Of a DNA stretch of 64,000 bases, positions 25,501 through 39,008 are shown one piece after another. The position numbers and the translations under genes are program-made. Below the pieces are notes generated by a model that was given only the letters and a program-made list of their open reading frames with translations, had not been told where the DNA came from and ran no database searches. Each line of letters starts with the position of its first letter. Within the stretch, counting starts at the first letter, position 1. The stretch lies in the NCBI GenBank assembly GCA_003344405.1, contig NOWV01000010.1, forward strand, positions 434,001-498,000. The letters run 5' to 3'. The stretch comes from Trichoplax sp. H2 (lineage: Eukaryota).

Positions 25501-28500
25501 GTATAAAAGTAGATAAATTCCCGAATGGGCTCTATTCGCGACTAATTAGAAACTAGCCCTTTAGTTAGTTAGTGTTGCCTCAAGGATAGATCTGCATGTT
25601 TCATGCAGATAGGCAGTATATGTTACCGTAATATTTTCTCGTAAAATTTGTATTTTTAACGATTTAAAAATGTTAATTATTCCTTTCAAGAGTGCAATAT
25701 GCATTTCTAGCTATATTTTATGATCGTAAAATAATAATAAGAAAGCTGCATCGACGAAGTAGGGATAAATTTTTCCGGCTTTAATTTGGTAAAGAATAAA
25801 GTTTCACGTCTCTTTTGTATAAGTAAAATACGAAAAATGGAATAGGGAAGTTTAGCGGATCTAAAGTTATTTATTAACAAATTGTAGGGAAAAAATTTAC
25901 TATAGCTACTTAGTTTCAATTGCTAGAGATTTTTATCAAACAAACTGCGACAATAAATCGTGACATTTAGAAAAGAGTTACTCTATAGGGTTTTGTGAAT
26001 CGTTCTGTTGTTTTTAATTAAAACTTTGCATGAATAAAATTGATCTTTTGTCTTAGTTTTTATTTTTAATTTATATTAATCAAATTTCTAGTCATATAAA
26101 TAACTGAAAGATTTGTCAGCAATGTGCAAAGTATTAAAAATTACCGGCATTGAAGTTGAGCTATGATGAAATATTTTGTTTTTGCAGGATTAGAAGCAGC
26201 TACACCTATGACATTTGTAAGAGCTGCAGATTCCTTTATCTCACTTTTATGCTTAATTATTAACTAGCTACGCCCATAGAAAGTTCGGAAAATGAAGGTG
26301 TTGATCTTAATATTTATAACATGTACGTGTTCAGGAAATATATATGGGATTGCCGGTATCGTATCGGATAATAATATAATTACAGTGATGTAGTAACAAG
26401 GAATAAAGGAAAATTCTTTAAGCAAGGTGAACATCAAGCCATACCTCACTTTGTAGCTTACTACAATGCAAAGGCCTTGTTTCGTCTGCTTTCGCTATTA
26501 AACTCCATGATGTCTTTAAATTGTTCGTATATCCCAGTCGGACATTATAAGATATATTAGATTTTGAATCTAGTTACCCAAACAATGAATTTGAGAAAAG
26601 GATAAATGTTTAAACGTATTATATTTGATTTTTACCATTTATTGAATTCATGAATGAGAAACTTTCAAGGGTATTATATTGTGCATAGAAATAAACTGCA
26701 TGAAGTAAATATTATTATAGAAATCAGTTGACAATTTTGATACTAAAACTAAAATATAGTTACCATTTGGGCGCAATTTATCGTATTCAACATCTACGTT
26801 CATCAATACTAATAGATATTGATTCCATCTTGATATTTGAGGATATCCATTAGGAATACGAACGGTAAAGACGATCTCATCGGCAGGAATATTACTTGGA
26901 ATATTACGGATATCAATTTCTTGGCATTGATCCGGATCGTACCATTGCTTTAATTTTCCTTTATCGTGGGCTTTACACGTCGTTGCAGTAAATTTATAGG
27001 CTTTCGTTGGTGATGGAGCTAGAATTCGCACAGGCAAAAGAATATCAATGAATAAAATGTTACATCTATTATTGCCCCTTAATAAGGTAAAGTATCTAAT
27101 AAGAGCTACTTGATGGGGTAATTAGATGCAGTAGTTTTCACGATAGCCTAGAATATTGCTGGGCTATTTAAGCTAAGCTTTGTTTTTAAAACATTATGAA
27201 GAAAAAAAATAATAGGGAGAAAATTATGCGTATCTCTAAAATTGACGAATTATATTAAATTTATATTAATAAAGATGGATGGTACACTCTGTAGCAAATT
27301 CAAGGTTTTAATAACAAGTTGTAAATACCTTCGTGAAATCCTAATCTATTACTGAGTCAAGTTGTATGCTTTTATTAATCTCCCATTATTATTGGTTCTT
27401 CATTGTGTCAGAGAGAGCACGAAGTATCATAAAAGTTAATACTCTTAGAAATACAATATAAAAATTGCCATTCACCAGTGTGGTACGTAAATAGGCAACA
27501 TATCCAAAGTATAGCAGGAGAAACACCATACCATAAAACTTAAAAAATTCTATAGTACCCGGAATACACGGTTACTCATTAAAGACGAAAGAAGTAGGCT
27601 ATAAACAAATCTTCTAAATTTAGTCTCAAAAGCACTTGTTATAATTTCTACTAACTGCTATCGTAATTAAGGGATTTGAAATATCTTGATGTGAATATCT
27701 ATTCTAATAACTATTTATTCGTGTTTAGGCGGGAACGACAAATGAAATAAAAACCTTTTGACCAATGATTTGATGCTAACCTATAATTTGTAGAATTTGT
27801 TAGTTTGTGTCCTTCTCGCCGTTCTTATATTTATATTTATACTTTATTGAATAAGGTGATAAGTGTGATACTGGTAGTTCATTCCGCTATTGATAGATAT
27901 GATGATATGGTAACTTTAAATTTTTAATTATTGATTCGAAATCGAAAAGAAATAAGTTCGTCTATTGTGATAAAATCAAGTATCGAGGTTATAAAGTAGT
28001 AACCTAAATTAAGTTAGCATTGTGACGAAGCTAGCATTAAGCCGATTAAAAAAGAATGTAGTATGGATCATACGTCTAGAGATTTTATATTTATAACAGA
28101 GGTGCAAGCTAATTCGTTGAACGTCTTACCGATTTTATATATAGCGTCTATCAAAGGAAAAAGTCCTGACTAAGTGAACTTAATTACAAATAAAGAGAAT
28201 TACTCCTATCTAATTCAATATACTAGGATACAGATATACGAAATATAGCTTAGGCAATGATTTGCTTTTGAAGTCAATTGAGAATACTAACTTACGGTAC
28301 TGTATTGCTACTCTTACACTTTAATGAAAAGTAATACATTTCTTTGCCTTTATTAATTAATAGGGTTAAATCGAATCGGTTTATGCATTTGGAGCTCCGA
28401 ATATCTTAATGCTAGTAAATTTGATATTATATGAATTATTATGTTTTCAAATGCGGTAGATCATGAATGAGAGAGCTTATAGATTCGATTTATTCTGCTT

Positions 28501-28775
28501 GTTCCTTCGTCGGTATAGAATTGAACAGTCAAACATAATGTAAGTGTAAAGTCTAAGTTACAATATACAGTATTATGCAACAAAAGGAGTTGAAAGTTAA
28601 TAAATCTGGTATGCTATTCGCCTATACCTGAATGCCAAGAATCTTACTTAAAATTAAAACAATTTTATTTACCTTTTAACCCAATGAAAATGAATGAGAT
28701 TTGTGCCGCTAACATAAGCAATGAAAAAGCAATTAAGTGCTTGCTACTCAACGTTTCCAATATAATACTAGACAT
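19575..28775 (-). CDS. WLS: Protein wntless homolog (Wnt secretion cargo receptor, Evi/GPR177)
   Basis: Phase-consistent exons: 28775-28673 ([14 protein letters not shown]), 27018-26764 (APSPT...EIVFTVRIP), 26569-26445, 24903-24757 ([13 protein letters not shown]), 24635-24502 (QQGAFTEIW), 23844-23804 (LYALGIS), 23050-22923 (PVEWLT...DIRTGIF...GEH), 21901-21804 (YWKQ...IFDLCER), 21656-21593 ([12 protein letters not shown]), 21196-21053, 20505-20361 (GLIYRFRF), 19957-19862 ([13 protein letters not shown]). The YEGL endocytosis motif spans a junction. A further terminal coding exon at 19669-19575 is tentative. Confidence 0.95.
21197..21592 (-). other. Probable U12-type (minor spliceosome) GT-AG intron in WLS
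   Basis: The 5' splice site reads GTATCCTTA (U12 consensus RTATCCTT). A branch-like TTACTTGAC lies at 21234-21226, about 30 nt from the AG, and the polypyrimidine tract is weak. Confidence 0.7.
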
Positions 28776-31581
28776 CTTTTTCCTTCAGATTAGCTATCGT
28801 TAATGTTTCGTGAAAGCATTGATAAGTAAAGTGGTTAAAATAAGTTAGAAACCTACTTCAGCGATAGACAACAATAAAATATTATCTTTTACTGTCTGCA
28901 ATAAATTTTTTTAAGATAGTATAATAGTAAATCCAGACAATAGGATCATGACTGCCATTGTCATTTTATCCGTATTTCTGGAGTATAAATGATGTATATT
29001 ACCGCGGTATGATAATATAAATTTTTCGTAATAGGCGAAGTTTTCCTTGCCTAAATATTAAAGCTGTGTAAATATATCAGTATGATCCGGTCGATTGATA
29101 TTGACTTTCTATCAAAGCTTGATGGTCAATGTTCGTTAATGTTAGTCCATAGTTAAAAGCAGCATAATGATATGTCATCGATTTGCTTCTATATTCTTAT
29201 TCAACTGATTATCTACATAACAATACATTAGTAGGATGTAAAGAACAGAGTCTCTTCGATTTCAGTAGGTATTTCATGAGCGATTATAATCTACTTTATC
29301 ACATCAGATTATTAGTACTAATCTTTTTCTATGCAATTCAATTAATTGTTCTCTCTGAATCATATACTGCAAATTAAAATATTATATCCACGCATTCATT
29401 AAGATAATTAAAATCAGAGACCCATGTTATAATTAGTCAATTCTCGTCTGAATGGTAGATGAAGTTTAAAAATGAATGTTAGCATTAAAATAATAACAGA
29501 GATTAATAATTCTTTATCCATTATCTTGAAGGCCTACATCAGTTACCGTGTGAGAATAGTAGTTACACCCAAAATTTATCCGTTACAGATCAATCTCATA
29601 TTGTCATAAAAATGGATCATTATTTAAAAACTGTAGTATTAATAATCCTAGAATGTATATTTGCTGTATATTTAATTACATAGCTACTCAATTTTGAGCA
29701 AAGGAACAATATTGATTAGGTCTAAATAGGAGCACGGTATTATTGTTTCACATGAGTATTTGCTTTATTACTGTACTACCGAATATATTCAATTTCCATC
29801 ATACTATCAGGTATATTTTTCCATTCAACGTGTTTAGGTTAAGAGTCTAAACATCTCGAGATTAAATACAATAATAGCATTAAATTGATCCAATCTTATA
29901 AAAATCCACTTTATTCAGGGCTATTTAACACAATTTCTATAGCTATCAAGGAAGTGACGTAAATGTATACGGAAATACCCTGTAAACTACCTTTTGCAAT
30001 GGTTGTATGCAGTTTCTTGACTATTGTTACAAGTAAGGAAAAGCATTATTTTTATATTTTAATGCATTTCCCTACCCTGTTTCGTTCAAACTAATAAATG
30101 CATACGGTTAAAGAATAAAAATCGACATTCGCGTTATTTTGCTACAGTTATAATACAGTAATTATCCTTCTTATATGCCATTAACTAATTCTGTTTAAAT
30201 TAGATAGAGCATATGAGTAGGGGGCTATAGCTGTTCATCCAATATTGGAATACCCTTACAAGTGATTTTACACGTGCCATGTAAAGTCCGGAACAAATAA
30301 TCACTAGCCTCCAGACTCTCTTTATTAGAAGTTATTGCTTATTGCACTTTATACCGAGCTATCGCTAATGAGCTAGCTTTACCTAGTGTCATCTTGTGTG
30401 TAGCCGTGATAAACTGATAGCCGCAAAGCCTTTCGTTAGAAGTTACAAGAATTGAAATTTAATTGTAATACGAGTAATATTGACTGTAAGTGCTAAACGA
30501 TTAAAAGGTAACGTATATTGCGTCAATAGCATGGTCTGAGAGCTAGTATATTGATAATATCTGTATTCATTTTTGTTTAAGAATTATCGCAGACAGTAAA
30601 TTTTACATATCTAGAACTTACTGTATTTCGATTGTAACATTTTGTTATAAGTACGTATATTTAATTGAGTATAATACTTTACATTTAACCCATAGGCAAT
30701 ACCTATGCGCTAGAATAATCTTAAGTGAAAGAGTATATTATTGCTCGGATAGCTAGCCTGGGCTTCCCAAATTTATCATAATGCACATTAAGCTCACGTA
30801 ATGACCGAGTAATAGTCTTTTACTATTACTAGTCCATGGAATACGAATGTTAGCATAGTATGCAATCCGTGTCTACACACTGGGGTTATAAAAAACTTAG
30901 TCCAGGTCTCAACATTAATGAAAAGTCCAGTCGTAGAATTCCAGGGAAATCAGTGTTAATCGTAACGTCAATTACCAAATAAATGCAGAAATTATGAGAA
31001 AATGTCTAAAATTTGGCAAGTTTTCAGATTTACTGTCAATTAAGTAGCTTACAGCAGTAGCATAAGACTAATTTATGATTGATGCCCTAATTTCATAAGC
31101 GTAACATCATTTGCTGGAATAACGAAATAGTCATAGCTGGAGCTAATCAATCCCAGATATGCATATGTCATATACCCTTCGATATCACTAACGATAGACA
31201 ACGATAATTTTTTGAGAGCAGTAATAAACCACAGGCCGCCAATCTGTATTCATACTTTATTTTATGTATGCTCTTATAATACTATTAGAATAACTGTATA
31301 TGTAATTTCCCTTTGAGTTAGAGCAACATTTAAATCATTATATACAAAAGTACGAACTGCTCATTGCGATATTTGATAGCAAACCGTTAAACAATAAACA
31401 ATACATTCACAATAATGTAAATTTCACATCCAGCGAAAAAGTTGTCACGGTACGTTGCACCAGTTTGCTTCCTTACATGGATAAAATTTATTTAACATAT
31501 TACTGCATTGACTTTGACTATAGCGCGCATTCTTGGAAATGCCGGTACAACGCCTGATGCGGAAAGTACATCAGGAACGTT

Positions 31582-32664
31582 TCAATAGGGATTCTCTGAC
31601 CAATTTACAGGCTGACCAGGGACAACAGTTTTAACCGATTCAGTCCTACAAGACAGCAAAAATATTAGTTAACAGTAGTTCAGAAATGCGGTACATTACT
31701 TAGAGAAAGTGAAGACGAACTCCAGCGGACTAAATTAGTAGTGATATGTACCATTTCTAAGACTTACTCAGCACGTTTAATTTCCGATGAAGCAGGAAGC
31801 AAAGCTTGTTTACTAATTTCTACAGGAGGTCTAGCTTCCCTTCGTAAATCTCTGGTGTAATAGTAGTTTTTATTCAGCCTATGAGCTGGGCCAGAGGGAA
31901 GTTTGGGTGGTGGCCCAGATCTAATCCATTTTGATAGTTTTAAAAATCGAAATTTAAGATTTAAATATAATATAGAAGGTAAAGCTGAAAGTAAAAACTA
32001 CAGTTTTCACTGCAACGTACGAGATCGTCTTTTTTAACTACAGTATACGCGTATTCACTACAGTACATTCAATTGATTAACCTTTTAACAATGAAATCCT
32101 GATAACGGAGATTTGGCTTGATTTCTCTCTAAAATAGAAAGTTAATACATCAAATGACAAGATTGCCAGTTTTATACAATAATCTTATGCTCATATAACA
32201 TTTTTACTCAGTAAATAGTGCACGAGTATAATTATAATGGAACATCTGTAGTCTACGAAGTGAGACAATTTCTTCCATGATACACTAACTATCCCATGCA
32301 GTCTCCTAACGCCTCGAACATGTACGTAGTACTTAGTAAAAGCATTGATTATACTGCAATTAATGAATGAACTGTACAAAGGGTAATATTGCTAGAGTAT
32401 GGCAATTTTTATCTTATATTGACTACAATCATACTAGCTATTAAAATTGTCCAGTTCTGACATGACGGTCAATCCATGAACAATTTTGTTAGGTGTATTT
32501 CTGTTACTCAATGTTTTCTATATTGTACGTTTCACTGCAGACGGCCATTAGCCATCATCATTTCTTAATTTTTAATTCCTATAGTTGATAGTTACCCCAG
32601 CTAAGAAATTTCGAAGAACTTCGATTACTCGTGTTGCATTTCTAGGTGGTTGCGCTGCCGCCAT
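31582..32664 (-). CDS. NDUFA7: NADH:ubiquinone oxidoreductase subunit A7 (B14.5a)
   Basis: Exons 32664-32596 (MAAAQPPRNATRVIEVLRNFLAG), 32128-32082 (LRYQDFIVKR), 31920-31768 (PPPKLPSGPAHRLNKNYYYTRDLRRE, the family signature), 31645-31582 (VVPGQPVNWSENPY stop). Not in the ORF track. Confidence 0.95.
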
Positions 32665-33157
32665 TTTGATTACAAGAACCAGACAGTCGCTTCTTCTGCG
32701 GCTACAGTAAGCGACTAAAGTTTCTTCGTTCCGAACTGGTTGCTAACTGAAAGGGTTAATACGCGTATGAACTAACACAACACTGATAATTGTATGGTGA
32801 AAGCGTGATCGCGTCGGTACCGTACTCTACCGTATTTCGGTCAGTACAATACAGTAGACCGATGCAGTGATGACCGATCATGACGTATTATACAATACAC
32901 TACCGTACCATGTGATATCGTATGGTCATGGACTGCTGTACCTTTTTTCACGATCAGGACTCTATGGCTGTAACTCAGTGTACTGTACCCATGGTCTACT
33001 AGAAGAAGACCTGAGCTGGACCGATCACTCACCCAGACAGACAGACATTGGTAAGAATATCGAAAAATGATTATTTACAGTAGTATGGAGCTTTCCGTGT
33101 CCATTTCCTGTATTACTGGTACTAATTGAGGTAACATCTACAATATTACACGTATAT

Positions 33158-35458
33158 GTATACTGCATATAACTATTTCCAAGCAGAACTTAGTCACAGA
33201 TAATAAGATTCAATTTAGTATTATTACCTAATTTAGAAAAAATCAGTCAATTGAAAATCGATGGTCTCCATACTAAAGTATTATCATAACAAGGCAGAAT
33301 ATTTTGACGAGATGAGACCAAAGGTGTCTGTCCATCCAAGAGTGATCATTCTAGGTAGTGGTGTTGGCATTCAACGGTTGAACGTTCAGTAACATTCATC
33401 CTGAATGTGTGCATGTTTGCTCGATTTTGGAACGAATATAACAGTCAATGGATGTTTACGAATGTTAAGTGAACGTTCAACCGATTTTAGAATTGTATGA
33501 GAACAAATCGGGCCAGCGACAGTGTTGATCGAAAAATACGCCATCGTTCTAAATCGGATCCGGGCTGTTACTTTTGTCAAAATCCATTTTACGGATGTGT
33601 ACAGTACAGTACTGTCCACACAATATTTTACCTACAGTACTGTACTGTACAAGCAGTCACTGTACAGTAGAGACCCTTAAAACAGTATCACTGTCGGCAA
33701 AGAGAAGAGGACGTTGAGCTACTACCGTACTGTACACTGTACAGTACTGTACTGTAGATGTTTGGTGACAAGAACCAAACCATCGACAGGTGTACAGTAC
33801 ACTGTAGATTACTGCAAATACAACAAATCCAGTTTCAGCTTTTCAGTTAGTTCGCTCGACAACAACATTGAGTCAATGGCGCATCGTGTAGCAGTGTATT
33901 TGCTACTGCTGATATCTGTTTTGAAATCAGTATCGAGCATTAGCGTTCTCGAAGGAGTAGAAAAATGCCACAAATCGTGTGCAAAGTCCTATCCGCCACA
34001 TACTTATCCTAGCGTAAGTCACTTTACAACTGTATTCATGAACAACGCGTAGTTTATTCAAATTTTGCATTTAGTAACTTTTGTTGTTGTTCGATGATGA
34101 CGGCTAAAATTTATTTGCATTTCATTCACAAGTTATGTAGTTGTACCATGTTGTACGCGCTATGCTGTTCTGTTAGTGCTCATTGACGGCTATCCGATAA
34201 TTTCTCTAAGATATATTCCGGTAGATTTTATAGTATTTAAAAAAANNNNNNNNNNNNNNNNNNNNGTATACTGCATATAACTATTTCCAAGCAGAACTTA
34301 GTCACAGATAATAAGATTCAATTTAGTATTATTACCTAATTTAGAAAAAATCAGTCAATTGAAAATCGATGGTCTCCATACTAAAGTATTATCATAACAA
34401 GGCAGAATATTTTGACGAGATGAGACCAAAGGTGTCCGTCCATCCAAGAGTGATCATTCTAGGTAGTAGTGTTGGCATTCAACGGTTGAACGTTCAGCAA
34501 CCTGAATGTGTGAATGTTTGCTCGATTTTGGAACGAATATAACAGTCAATGGATGTTTACGAATGTTAAGTGAACGTTCAACCGATTTTAGAATTGTATG
34601 AGAACAAATCGGGCCAGCGACAGTGTTGATCGAAAAATACGCCATCGTTCTAAATCGGATCCGGGCTGTTACTTTTGTCAAAATCCATTTTACGGATGTG
34701 TCCACACAATACTGTATTTTACCTACAGTAGTACAGTACTGTACAGTACTTTACTGTACAGTACATAGTGTACTGTACTGTACAAGCAGTCACTGTACAG
34801 TACTGTACAGTAGAGACCCTTAAAACAGTATCACTGTCGGCAAAGAGAAGAGGACATTGAGCTACTACCGTACAGTACTACTGTACAGTGTACTGTACAC
34901 TGTACAGTACTGTACAGTAGCTTACAGTAGCAGGAAGGCGTACTGTACTGTAGTGTACTACGTACTGTAGATGTTTGGTGACAAGAACCAAACCATCGAC
35001 AGGTGTACACTGTACTGTACATTACTGCAAATACAACAAATCCAGTTTCAGCTTTTCAGTTAGTTCGCTCGACAACAACATTGAGTCAATGGCGCATCGT
35101 GTAGCAGTGTATTTGCTACTGCTGATATCTGTTTTGAAATCAGTATCGAGCATTAGCGTTCTCGAAGGAGTAGAAAAATGCCACAAATCGTGTGCAAAGT
35201 CCTATCCGCCACATACTTATCCTAGCGTAAGTCACTTTACAACTGTATTCATGAACAACGCGTAGTTTATTCAAATTTTGCATTTAGTAACTTTTGTTGT
35301 TGTTCGATGATGACGGCTAAAATTTATTTACATTTCATTCACAAGTTATGTAGTTGTACCATGTTGTACGCGCTATGCTGTTCTGTTAGTGCTCATTGAC
35401 GGCTATCCGATAATTTCTCTAAGATATATTCCGGTAGATTTTATAGTATTTAAAAAAA
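33158..35458. repeat. Near-identical duplication across an assembly gap (33158-34245 vs 34266-35458), probable uncollapsed haplotype including TMEM59 exon 1
   Basis: The same sequence lies on both sides of the 20-N gap (34246-34265). The coding exon is identical (33876-34013 and 35089-35226), and differences concentrate in the TACAGTAC tracts. Confidence 0.88.
34705..35025. promoter_or_regulatory. TACAGTAC/GTACTGTA-rich tract immediately upstream of TMEM59 (NDUFA7/TMEM59 divergent promoter region)
   Basis: Dense quasi-palindromic TACAGTA/TACTGTA units directly 5' of the ATG. The allelic version is at about 33598-33812. Confidence 0.5.
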
Positions 35459-38216
35459 AGTACCGTCTAGTAAAAACTAATCAAGTTTTTGCTGCTTGTT
35501 TGGGAGTTTTTACTGATGGACGAGTATGTATCTTTTACAGTTTGGCTATCTTTTCTACATACTGTACGTGTCTATGTTATAGTGTATACTGTATACAGTA
35601 GTGTAGTCTACTGATATTCAATCTACGATACAGTACTACATTAATGACTGCTTATTAGTGAGCAACTGTGGATGGGTGTACTGTATACTGTAGTGCAAAT
35701 TATTTCTCCAGTATACAAAATATACTCTTTAGTACTCTTTAGCACAAACAATGGATGATTACTAATGTGCAATAAACAGTACAGTGTGTGTCAAATTATT
35801 TTGTCACTTTGAAAAGAATCAACCAGTGATCTTAATAAGCAAATACTGATTAATAGTCGTTACATTCCATAGCCTTTTTCAAAATCTCTCCATCAACCAT
35901 TCTAATATATCATTCTATGATAGCTTTACTGTATTTTTAAAGAAAAATATTGCCCGAAAGTGACAAAATGTTATAATACGTACAGTACTGTAGATAAATT
36001 TAAAACGGCTGCTTTGATAGAAGTACTGTACAGTACTTACCATGATCGTGACGCCTTTTCAACTCCTACTGTAATAAAGGAGCAGAAGAAGCCTCAATTC
36101 CAAAACTTCTTTTTTTATCTGATTCTTTTTACTATATAAATCGATGAAGTAGTTAATAAAGAGATTCGTACTCCTTTTAATAAGTTAATGCATGAAGTGT
36201 TCATCTCTTACACCAGCATATGCCACATTCTATAGTAAAACATGTCCACAATAGCCATGGTGTAGAGAGAACATTATTATTAGTATAGCGTTAACCCTAC
36301 AATGGACTACTAAATTACATTTATTACATTTAGTAGTTCATGGCAGTACAGTAGTCTTGGTAAATCCACAATAGCCATGGTGTAGAGAGAACATTATTAT
36401 TAGTATAGCGTTAACCCTACAATGGACTACTAAATTACATTTATTACATTTAGTAGTTCATGGCAGTACAGTAGTCTTGGTAAATCCACAATAGCCATGG
36501 TATAGAGAGAACATTATTATTAGTATAGCGTTAACCCTACAATGGACTACTAACTTACATTTAGTAGTTCATGACAGTATAGTAGTCTTGGTAAATCCAC
36601 AATAGCCATGGTGTAGAGAGAACATTATTATTAGTATAGTGTTAACCCTACAATGGACTACTAAATTACATTTAGTAGTTCATGATAGTACATTAGCCTT
36701 GGTAAATACACTGTATTACTGTGAAAATTTTTATTGCGGGGGTGCAGATTTGAAAGTCCAGAATTCTAGACAGTAACGTCTTATATTGTAGTCGGCTGAC
36801 AAGATGGACAATGTACCTAAAATACAGCTTTACTGTATGAAAATATACCGCTATTGACTCGTCTGTTCTTCATCGGATTTGATCGTATTCGGTAGTACAG
36901 TAATAGCGTTAGCTTGCTGTGATAGGGTATTTTTAAAATATACTGTACGTTTCGACGTATAGTACAGTAAGATTCTGAAAGATAATAGTCATATCATGCA
37001 TATATATCTAAGTACAATATGTAATGTTTTAGCTCTTATATCATGTTACTCTTACTTTGGAATGTAGACCGATTCACTCATAGCCTGTCAAAGAGGATGC
37101 AGATTTGCAGCAATTACAGATGTGATGAGATTTAATTCTACAGACGAGAAAAGTGAAGCTTGTGCATCAGGTGAATATTGGATTATTGTTTCATGAGATC
37201 ACGAATTCTACGTGATCCTTCTGAACCTTTGCGTCTATGATCAGTGTAATAATTATTAACTCATATAACTAATCTATCTTTTCTCAACTAGTTTGTTCTG
37301 AGGCTTATAGGAACAACTTGGACATAGCATGTCGAAATGGTTGCGATATTATTCGCTATTATTTACCGACTATAAATGATATCGATCGCATGCCACAGTA
37401 TAGTTATCCATTTATCTACATCCAAAACGTTTACGTGAATGTTGTTAACCAAGCAGTTCACTATTTTAGAATTCAATGGGGCTTTTTGATAACTTCTCCG
37501 AATCACGACCTGATTGCTGTACAGGTTCGTATGGCTATACTATAAATATAATTGATTTATGCGTTTGGATTTGATAATATACAATTTAATGCCAGCATTT
37601 AATTCCTTTGTGTGGATTACTATTCAGTCTGGACCGGAAGTAATGATTGCTATTGAAGAAATCGAAGGTCAATTAATATTAATTTTAACGCCTTAAAGTG
37701 TACCATTGAGATCCTTCAGACTTTGCTAGATGACTAACAAAAATTCTAAAATTGATCTGTTATTATGTACTGTAGACGGCAGCAATGAGAAGCAAATTAG
37801 TGAACGTCAAAGACCGGTGGAACGTACTAGTAAATTTACTGGATGGTTGGAGTGTATCTCTTACCATACTGGGTTACCGGTTTGGCTAGTATGTGCGACA
37901 CTTCTTACATCTGTGTTTGCTTTAATCGGATTGTGCTGTATTTGGGTTTACGATTCTGACGATGAATCTGATAATGTAAGTTCAAATTCGCTCATGTCAT
38001 TTACCGTATCTATTGCAATTAAATTTCGATATTACTTGATATCTCTCTGAATTTACGTATGTGAAGAAAAAGCAAGAAGCCAAATGTAGAACACTTACTA
38101 AACAACCGATAATGTGGTCGCCTAACAAGAGTATTCCTGCCGATATCATTGAATGTAAACAGCCACTATTAATTGATTCTTCAGTCGTTAAGGTTCCTTT
38201 GCATTCTAATCTATAA
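35089..38216 (+). CDS. TMEM59: Transmembrane protein 59 / BSMAP family
   Basis: Exons 35089-35226 (signal peptide, CHKSCAKSYPPHTYP), 37068-37170 (ACQRGCRF), 37292-37524 (CSEAY...ACRNGC), 37628-37667, 37776-37975 (WLECIS plus TM helix ending LCC), 38067-38216 (KVPLHSNL stop). The Cys pattern is diagnostic of TMEM59/TMEM59L. Confidence 0.92.
36245..36707. repeat. Four-copy tandem repeat (120, 120, 111 and about 111 bp) in TMEM59 intron 1
   Basis: Units start TCCACAATAGCCATGGT at 36245, 36365, 36485 and 36596. Confidence 0.95.
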
Positions 38217-39008
38217 TTTAAATTGGTCTGGCGTAACATATCTGTAAAATAAGGCTACTTCTGAACAGATCTAGCGTTTAACTTTCATTATATTGATCGA
38301 TCTTTGCCATCGAATACTTTATCTGTAATCTATCACACAGTACAGTTCATAGCGAGGAGTATAGATAGTATTTACTGCAATGTTAATTTAACAGTAAATA
38401 GCTTATGATAGCTATTTATTGTATTGTAAGGACTTCATTTGTAAATCGTAGATAGGTTTTATTTCATATTATACAATATGAGGATAAATAGCAAAACTAT
38501 ATAGATATTTCCTTTCCCACATACAGAAATACAGCGTAATTCAGCAGTAAATTTCTCCAGTGAATTTGTGTTGTACTATTTATAACTGTTATCGTTATAC
38601 TTCAATGGTGTAATTATCATTGCTTTGGTTTTGCAATTAGAAGCTACTGATTAACGGTATGGAAATGGCTATTATTTTAAATACACTGTGCATGACTTGC
38701 AATGATGTCATAATCATAGGCAGTACGTAGAAGCTACGCAGCCTAAGTTGTAGTATGCATAGGTTGTTGAATAACCACTTATTTTAGTCATCAATTTTTT
38801 TTGTCTCTACCATAGGATAATTAAAGGATTGATACTAGTAAGGCAATAAATTGTTAGCGTAACCAATGACTAACTTGTACATTACTTTGTAATATTATGA
38901 TGATATTCAACTCACGGAAATCAAATCAGTTATGATACGAGTTGTCACAAGAGCAAATATAAATCTCATATTAGATTATGGTGGGAAATATACGCATCAT
39001 AAAAAAGT

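Noticed and set aside
33876..34013. Second TMEM59 exon 1 as a real gene duplicate or alternative first exon
   Set aside because: It abuts an N gap and has an identical coding sequence, so it is best explained as an uncollapsed haplotype.
33386..34705. Minus-strand ORFs 33386-33619 and 34454-34705 as a small protein
   Set aside because: No recognisable homology, and the two haplotypes differ by a frameshifting indel.
36245..36707. CRISPR-like array
   Set aside because: The units are wholly repeated with no unique spacers, it lies in a eukaryotic intron, and there are no cas genes.
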